Source of the DNA: Chitinophagales bacterium
GTDB lineage: Bacteria > Bacteroidota > Bacteroidia > Chitinophagales > JADIYW01
Reading direction: 5' to 3'
Assembly (NCBI GenBank): GCA_020848475.1
Contig: JADKZZ010000052.1
Location: 1-53,599, forward strand
DNA length: 53,599 nt
Part shown: positions 48,399 through 53,599 of the stretch, in pieces
Layout: the number at the start of each line of letters is the position of its first letter
How positions within the stretch are numbered: position 1 is the first letter of the stretch
Made by a program: the position numbers and the translations under genes
The notes under the pieces: model-generated
Database searches by the model: none
What the model saw: the letters and a program-made list of their open reading frames with translations, nothing else
Told to the model about the DNA's origin: nothing

Positions 48399-50348
48399 AT
48401 GCAAAAGAAAATTGGATATATCATTGGTGTTTTATTTGTACTGCTTACAAAGTGCCATTATGCTGCTGATGTTTTAGATTCGGTGCAACACATCGACACA
48501 GTCAGAATCCATGGTAATAAACCATCTGCTAATGTGTTTAATTCCTATTCGATAATAGAAAAAGAAAATTCCATTGCTTCGCTAAATACGATAAATGGAA
48601 TTGCAGATGTTTTACAAAGATTTACTTCGGCTCAAGTAAATTCTTATGGTGCTGGTAATATTGCAAGTATTTCTATACGTGGTACAAATGATGACCAATC
48701 TAATGTTTATTGGAACGGTATAAAACTAAATTCATTAACGCTTGGAACTACTGATTTATCTATCATTCCAATAGAATCGGCAGATGCATTGCTGATAGAT
48801 AATAATTCATCTGCAATTGGTGGAAATGTGCAATTGCAAACTCGACCGAATTGGTCAAATATTGTAAGCATAAAAGCGAAGAGTGACTTAAGTAGTTTTG
48901 ATAACTACAAAAATGCTATCTCATTGAAAGTAGGCAATAGCCGTATTCAATTTCATTCAGATGCTTATTACCATACAGCAAAAAACAATTTCACTTTTAA
49001 AGATATCTACAAATTTGGAAATCCAATTGATACAGCGAATCACAATCAATTAAAATCTATTGCAGCAATTAATCAACTTTTTTTTCAATTTCGTAAACAA
49101 ATTTTTATCAGCATTGGAAGCTTGTATAACAAAAAGGACAAATATTTGCCAGCAATAATGGGCACGAATGAATTGAGTAGCAAATTTCAAAAAGACAAAA
49201 CATTAAGGCATTTTATTACAATAGACAAGAGTATTAAAAATGGCGATTTTAATTTTTCATTTTCACATGCTTTTGATGAATTACTTTATACAGATAAGCG
49301 ACTGCCAACAGATACTTTTTTATTTATTAATTCCAATTATAAATCTCATAGAATTGCTTCAACCTTTAAAAGCAATAGCTATTTTAAATACAAGCTGTCT
49401 TTACAGACAGGATATACATATTGTATTCAATTTGCACAAGTAAAAGAATATGGAAAGAAACACGTTTTAGAGCATATTGGAGATGTATATGCTAAACTGA
49501 AATGGGAAAATAATAATTTTAATTCGAGCTTATCTATAACACAGCCATTTTCTTCCTTCAAATATATTCGACCTCAATTTACTTGGAGTGCTGCTTATAA
49601 AACCAATAATACTAACAAACAATATACCATTCAATTATTGTATAGTGATACCTATCGTTTTCCTGATATGAACGATAGGTATTGGAGTCCTGGAGGAAAT
49701 CCAAAATTAAAGCCAGAGCATGGTTGGAAAATGAGTGTAGATAATAGCTTTCGCTTATTAAAAAATAAAAATCAGTTCAGCGTAAACACATCAGTTTATG
49801 TGTCAATAATTAATAACAACATTTTATGGACGCCAATCACAAATGCGATTTGGACGCCTAAAAATCTGAAGAAAACAAGAATGTATGGTGTTGAGACTGC
49901 TGTAGATTATAGCTATCGCGATGCTGATAAATTTTTGTTGCAAATACAAGCTATGTATATGTTTAATAAATCACAGATTTTACAAGACTATTTACAGCAA
50001 CAATTGGAAGGTAAATATTTGCGATACAAACCACAACACAGCGTTAAACTGAATATGTATGTCGAACAAAAGTTTGTTGGCTTTGGTGTTAATTATACTT
50101 ATACATCATTGCGTTATACAGACGAAGATAACTTGTCATATTACATGCTCAAACCATTTCATTTATTAGATGCATTTATCACATTTAAAGGAACAATTCA
50201 AGATAAACATACATTGCAATTTCTTTTTAGAATAAATAACATCACCAATACGGCTTATGAATCTATACGCTCTTATGCACAACCTTTGAGGAATTATACA
50301 ATCTCATTTATTTATAAATTTTCTAAACATCAAACAACATTAAAATGA
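48399..50348 (+). CDS. TonB-dependent receptor, BtuB-like by context
   Basis: Signal peptide, plug domain (ISIRGTNDDQSNVYWNGIKLNS), about 22-strand barrel length, aromatic-rich C-terminus. It is controlled by the B12 riboswitch. Confidence 0.85.
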   Translation: MQKKIGYIIGVLFVLLTKCHYAADVLDSVQHIDTVRIHGNKPSANVFNSYSIIEKENSIASLNTINGIADVLQRFTSAQVNSYGAGNIASISIRGTNDDQSNVYWNGIKLNSLTLGTTDLSIIPIESADALLIDNNSSAIGGNVQLQTRPNWSNIVSIKAKSDLSSFDNYKNAISLKVGNSRIQFHSDAYYHTAKNNFTFKDIYKFGNPIDTANHNQLKSIAAINQLFFQFRKQIFISIGSLYNKKDKYLPAIMGTNELSSKFQKDKTLRHFITIDKSIKNGDFNFSFSHAFDELLYTDKRLPTDTFLFINSNYKSHRIASTFKSNSYFKYKLSLQTGYTYCIQFAQVKEYGKKHVLEHIGDVYAKLKWENNNFNSSLSITQPFSSFKYIRPQFTWSAAYKTNNTNKQYTIQLLYSDTYRFPDMNDRYWSPGGNPKLKPEHGWKMSVDNSFRLLKNKNQFSVNTSVYVSIINNNILWTPITNAIWTPKNLKKTRMYGVETAVDYSYRDADKFLLQIQAMYMFNKSQILQDYLQQQLEGKYLRYKPQHSVKLNMYVEQKFVGFGVNYTYTSLRYTDEDNLSYYMLKPFHLLDAFITFKGTIQDKHTLQFLFRINNITNTAYESIRSYAQPLRNYTISFIYKFSKHQTTLK

Positions 50349-51421
50349 AATTCAAAATTTTTGTAACAGCTATTACGCTTAGCTTTTTTATGTCTTGCCA
50401 AAAAGACAATGACCAAACCACAGATAATTACTTAGAGAAAGGCTCTGCCATGATTATTAATGAAGGCGGTTTTACCAAAAACAATGGCAGTATTTCATTT
50501 ATCTCTCGAGATAATAAGGTAATCAACAATATTTTCGAACAAGCGAATGATGGTCGTACCGTAGGAGACGTTTTGCAGTCGTTTACTCGCATTGGAAATC
50601 TTGGGATTTTGTGTGTGAACAATTCGCAAAAAGTTGTTTTTGTAGATGTGCCATCTTTTAAGCAAATCGCTGAAATTACAACAGGCACAGATTATCCTAG
50701 ATTTGCTATTGCTATAAATGATGAAAAAGCATACATTTCAAATGGAAGTTTTTCTGGCCAAGTATTGGTCGTTAATTTAAAGAACTTTACTGTGACTAAA
50801 ACTATCAATGTTGGCGGTGGTCCAGAAGAAATGCTATCATCAAACGGAAAAGTGTTTGTAGCGAATAGCGGCGGATTTGGTACCGATAATACGATTAGCG
50901 TAATCAACACAGCAACAGATAAAGAAATTTCACGTATTACTGTCGGCGACAATCCTACTGAAATGGAGCGCGATGCACAAGGTTATTTATGGGTGCTTTG
51001 CAAAGGAAATGTAACGTATTCGCCTCCAACATACATGCCTGTAAGACATTCAGCTGCAAAATTAGTGCGTATAAATCCTGCATTAGATGGTATCGATAAA
51101 GAAATAGAAATTGTTGCATCAAATAATAATTTCAGCACAGCTGACAATTTAGCAATCAGTGGTGATGGTTCTAAAATTTTCGTTTGTGTAGATGATAAAG
51201 TGTATCAATTACCATATAGCGCAACAACTTTGCCTGCAACACCTATTATCACTCATTTATTTTATGGTTTAGACGTTCATCCTTATACTGGTGAAATTTG
51301 GGGCCTTGATGCTGGTAATTATAATGAATCTGGAAAAATTATTCGATATAATTCGAATGCAGTTGCCGTTGATACTTTTAGAGTTGGTATTATTCCAAAT
51401 GCTGTTTATTTCAATTTGTAA
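50345..51421 (+). CDS. surface lipoprotein with a YVTN/YncE-type beta-propeller (BtuG-like by context)
   Basis: Lipobox FFMSCQ. Repeated ~40-aa blades (..VVNLKNFTVTKTINVGGGPEEM.., ..VINTATDKEISRITVGDNPTEM..). The ATGA overlap with the receptor stop implies translational coupling. Confidence 0.7.
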   Translation: MKFKIFVTAITLSFFMSCQKDNDQTTDNYLEKGSAMIINEGGFTKNNGSISFISRDNKVINNIFEQANDGRTVGDVLQSFTRIGNLGILCVNNSQKVVFVDVPSFKQIAEITTGTDYPRFAIAINDEKAYISNGSFSGQVLVVNLKNFTVTKTINVGGGPEEMLSSNGKVFVANSGGFGTDNTISVINTATDKEISRITVGDNPTEMERDAQGYLWVLCKGNVTYSPPTYMPVRHSAAKLVRINPALDGIDKEIEIVASNNNFSTADNLAISGDGSKIFVCVDDKVYQLPYSATTLPATPIITHLFYGLDVHPYTGEIWGLDAGNYNESGKIIRYNSNAVAVDTFRVGIIPNAVYFNL

Positions 51422-51423
51422 AA

Positions 51424-51624
51424 TTGTCCTCTTTGAAGAAAATATGTCTGCATTGTCACTCAACATTTGAGTGCAATGCAGCGTATATTTCAAAATGTTT
51501 TTGCAATAAAATGCTCATACCTCAGCCTGTACAAGAGATTTTAACTTCAAAATATTCAAATTGCTTATGCGAATCCTGCATTTTAGATTTTATAAATCAA
51601 TATAATGTGGATAAGCAATTGTAG
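51424..51624 (+). CDS. cysteine-rich CWC-type miniprotein
   Basis: 66 aa with 9 Cys: CLHC..F.C.......CFC ... CLCESC. A TTG start lies 2 nt after the upstream stop, and no in-frame ATG is nearby. Confidence 0.55.
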   Translation: MSSLKKICLHCHSTFECNAAYISKCFCNKMLIPQPVQEILTSKYSNCLCESCILDFINQYNVDKQL

Positions 51625-51672
51625 TCAGCTTTCTTTTTTATACATTTCTTCTCGCATTAAATAATAATTACA

Positions 51673-51680
51673 TACTTTTG
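51673..51680 (+). promoter_or_regulatory. -7 promoter box TACTTTTG
   Basis: TAnnTTTG match 14 nt upstream of the GTG at 51695. Confidence 0.4.
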
Positions 51681-51694
51681 TTTAAACTTAGTAT

Positions 51695-52960
51695 GTGAAG
51701 AACAGATATATACTACTTACTTTATTTCTGATTTTTTCATTGTACCTTTTGTGGTGCAACATAAGTATTATCTATACACGAAAAGGCAAAGTCAATATTC
51801 CTTTAGTAGAAAAAGTTCAATTTCCAAGCGATTCTTTTGACGTAGTCAATGCTACTGTTTTTTGGCAAGGCTTTTATCACGATTGGTCTTATAATCATCG
51901 TGTCAATAGAATAGGCGACTGGATAGACAATGTGTCAAACAAAGATGGAAGCATGCGTGCGGTATTCACTCACACTGCAGCGTCTGGCAGTGGCGCTGAT
52001 GTGCTGAATTATCTCACTTTTTTTACTTATCTAAAAACAGAGAAAGCCCAATTTTTTTCTGCTGCAACGACTGCAACAATTCGTGGAAGAGAAGCAACTA
52101 CAACAACAAAAGTAATCGCAGTTAAAGGGAAATGGCCATCAAGCTTAGCGCACTATAAAATGGGCACAGTGGTTTTAAATGGTTTTGATTTATATAGTAG
52201 CAATAGCAACAATGGCAAGGTAATGGGTTCTGGCAATGCAGATAAATTATCGAAATTATTTATGGAAGTCAATAATTTTAAAATTCAAGATAGCACATTC
52301 GAATTTGATTTAAACGTCATGTTAGGTGCCGACTGCGATTCGCCAGAATGTTTGAATTTTACACCTGGCGACAATGAGTGGTTTGATTATCAGTTGAAAG
52401 TTGCTTATCAAATTATAGCTTATCAAGATGATGTGCATGTAAGCAATGCTAAATTACAACAAGATTATACTTGGCGTAAGCCTTTCAAAACAAGGCCTGA
52501 CATAGATCCAAATGAGATTTTCAGAAAAGATAAAGTGTTGGAAAATCAAGTTTTAAAAGGGCAAAAAGATTATCATGTCGGCATACCATTAATTTCTAAA
52601 ATAGATATCAATCTACCAAAAGGTAAAGGAGGTGTTATTCGTAAACGCATGGAAACACCACATCTGTTAGCATTAGATATTGCCATCAATGATTATGAAT
52701 ATAATCCTGCTACAGGTAATTGTGTTTATACGGCTGATTTGTTTTTCAAAAATTGGAAACCAAACATGCATATATTATCGTTTGGAAATGATGGTAGAGC
52801 CATCATCAATCTTGGCATTAAATTCTTACAAATTCGCGACCCAAATGCTGTTGTTGAAAGCCAATTCGTTAAAGGCGATATCAAATGGCAGACAACACAA
52901 TTAGATCAGCGATTAGCCAATGATCCACATTCACAAAAGTCTTTTGTACTGCAAAAATAA
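51695..52960 (+). CDS. N-terminally membrane-anchored protein of unknown function
   Basis: GTG start. One N-terminal TM/signal-anchor (YILLTLFLIFSLYLLW), then about 390 aa that are beta-rich and contain CDSPEC. I recognise no family. Confidence 0.6.
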   Translation: MKNRYILLTLFLIFSLYLLWCNISIIYTRKGKVNIPLVEKVQFPSDSFDVVNATVFWQGFYHDWSYNHRVNRIGDWIDNVSNKDGSMRAVFTHTAASGSGADVLNYLTFFTYLKTEKAQFFSAATTATIRGREATTTTKVIAVKGKWPSSLAHYKMGTVVLNGFDLYSSNSNNGKVMGSGNADKLSKLFMEVNNFKIQDSTFEFDLNVMLGADCDSPECLNFTPGDNEWFDYQLKVAYQIIAYQDDVHVSNAKLQQDYTWRKPFKTRPDIDPNEIFRKDKVLENQVLKGQKDYHVGIPLISKIDINLPKGKGGVIRKRMETPHLLALDIAINDYEYNPATGNCVYTADLFFKNWKPNMHILSFGNDGRAIINLGIKFLQIRDPNAVVESQFVKGDIKWQTTQLDQRLANDPHSQKSFVLQK

Positions 52961-52966
52961 TCCAAA

Positions 52967-53506
52967 ATGTTGCCGATTCAGAAATCTTGTAGTTTTTGTG
53001 GAAATGAAGTTGTTTATAAATTTGCTGAAGGCAGAAATCGCGTAGTATGTGAACATTGCAATACCATACATTATACCAATCCAAAAATTGTTGTCGGTGC
53101 ATTGTCAGTTTGGGAAGATAAAGTATTGCTTTGCCGAAGAGCCATAGAACCTCGCAAAGGATTTTGGAATTTGCCAGCAGGCTATTTAGAAGATTTTGAA
53201 AAAGCTGAAGATGGTGCTATCCGCGAAACTTGGGAAGAAGCAGGCACAGATATTGAAATTCAACAGGTCTTGGCTGTTTATAATATTCCGCAAGCCAATC
53301 AAGTGTATATACATTTCTATGCAACACTAAAAGATGGAATTGTTCGCAATGGGGAAGAAAGCATTGAATCTGCATTGTTTAGTGAAGCTGAAATTCCTTG
53401 GAATGAAATGGCGTTTACTTCGTCAGCTTTCGCATTGCGCCATTATTTTGAAGCTAGAAAAAATGGAAAGATCCAAACTTATTTAGGTACATATCCTGAG
53501 AAATAA
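52967..53506 (+). CDS. NUDIX hydrolase with N-terminal zinc ribbon
   Basis: CSFCGN...CEHCN zinc ribbon. Nudix box GYLEDFEKAEDGAIRETWEEAG. Confidence 0.85.
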   Translation: MLPIQKSCSFCGNEVVYKFAEGRNRVVCEHCNTIHYTNPKIVVGALSVWEDKVLLCRRAIEPRKGFWNLPAGYLEDFEKAEDGAIRETWEEAGTDIEIQQVLAVYNIPQANQVYIHFYATLKDGIVRNGEESIESALFSEAEIPWNEMAFTSSAFALRHYFEARKNGKIQTYLGTYPEK

Positions 53507-53541
53507 TTGCTATTTTCTTTGCTGAATTTATCGATTCTGTA

Positions 53542-53549
53542 TATCTTTG
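53542..53549 (+). promoter_or_regulatory. -7 promoter box TATCTTTG
   Basis: Exact match ending 4 nt before the ATG at 53554. Confidence 0.4.
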
Positions 53550-53553
53550 TTTT

Positions 53554-53599
53554 ATGAAAACGAATAACAATAATAACTTTTGGTTGATAGTAGGCATAA
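53554..53599 (+). CDS. 5' end of an unidentified gene (continues past the window)
   Basis: ATG followed by the open frame MKTNNNNNFWLIVGI. Only 15 codons are visible. Confidence 0.3.
   Translation, partial: MKTNNNNNFWLIVGI

Overview
This is a visibly AT-rich chromosomal segment that I assign to Bacteroidota. The grounds are a T9SS C-terminal sorting domain, recurrent TAnnTTTG -7 promoter boxes, almost no Shine-Dalgarno sequences, and the rpmB-rpmG-DUF4295-ftsY and ftsX-DUF3098-uppP-truB-ribF clusters. The window is densely packed with about 58 mostly housekeeping CDSs covering translation, cell envelope, cofactor and lipid functions. I found no rRNA, CRISPR array, transposase, integrase, phage genes or recognisable defence island. 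Three RNA elements are not in the ORF track. They are tRNA-Arg(ACG) at 4554-4627, a small SRP (4.5S-type) RNA at about 22588-22690, and a cobalamin riboswitch at about 48195-48360. The SRP RNA lies under a spurious N-terminal extension of the carboxyltransferase ORF. One real small gene is also missing from the track: DUF4295 (probable bL38) at 5174-5344. I see no unambiguous new multi-gene system. The best candidates for follow-up are listed here. (1) A riboswitch-led operon of a TonB-dependent receptor, a beta-propeller lipoprotein and a CWC-type Cys-rich miniprotein, followed by an orphan 421-aa membrane-anchored protein. (2) A lipoprotein-type CbiK/IhtB-like chelatase paired with a PepSY-type membrane protein. 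(3) A shared palindromic operator (TTGAC-N4-GTCAA) in front of two unrelated small secreted or amphipathic protein genes. (4) Futalosine-pathway genes bracketing a lipid-carrier glycosylation pair. (5) A DGGGPS-like UbiA prenyltransferase. All product calls come from reading motifs by eye and recalling families. No database search was run.
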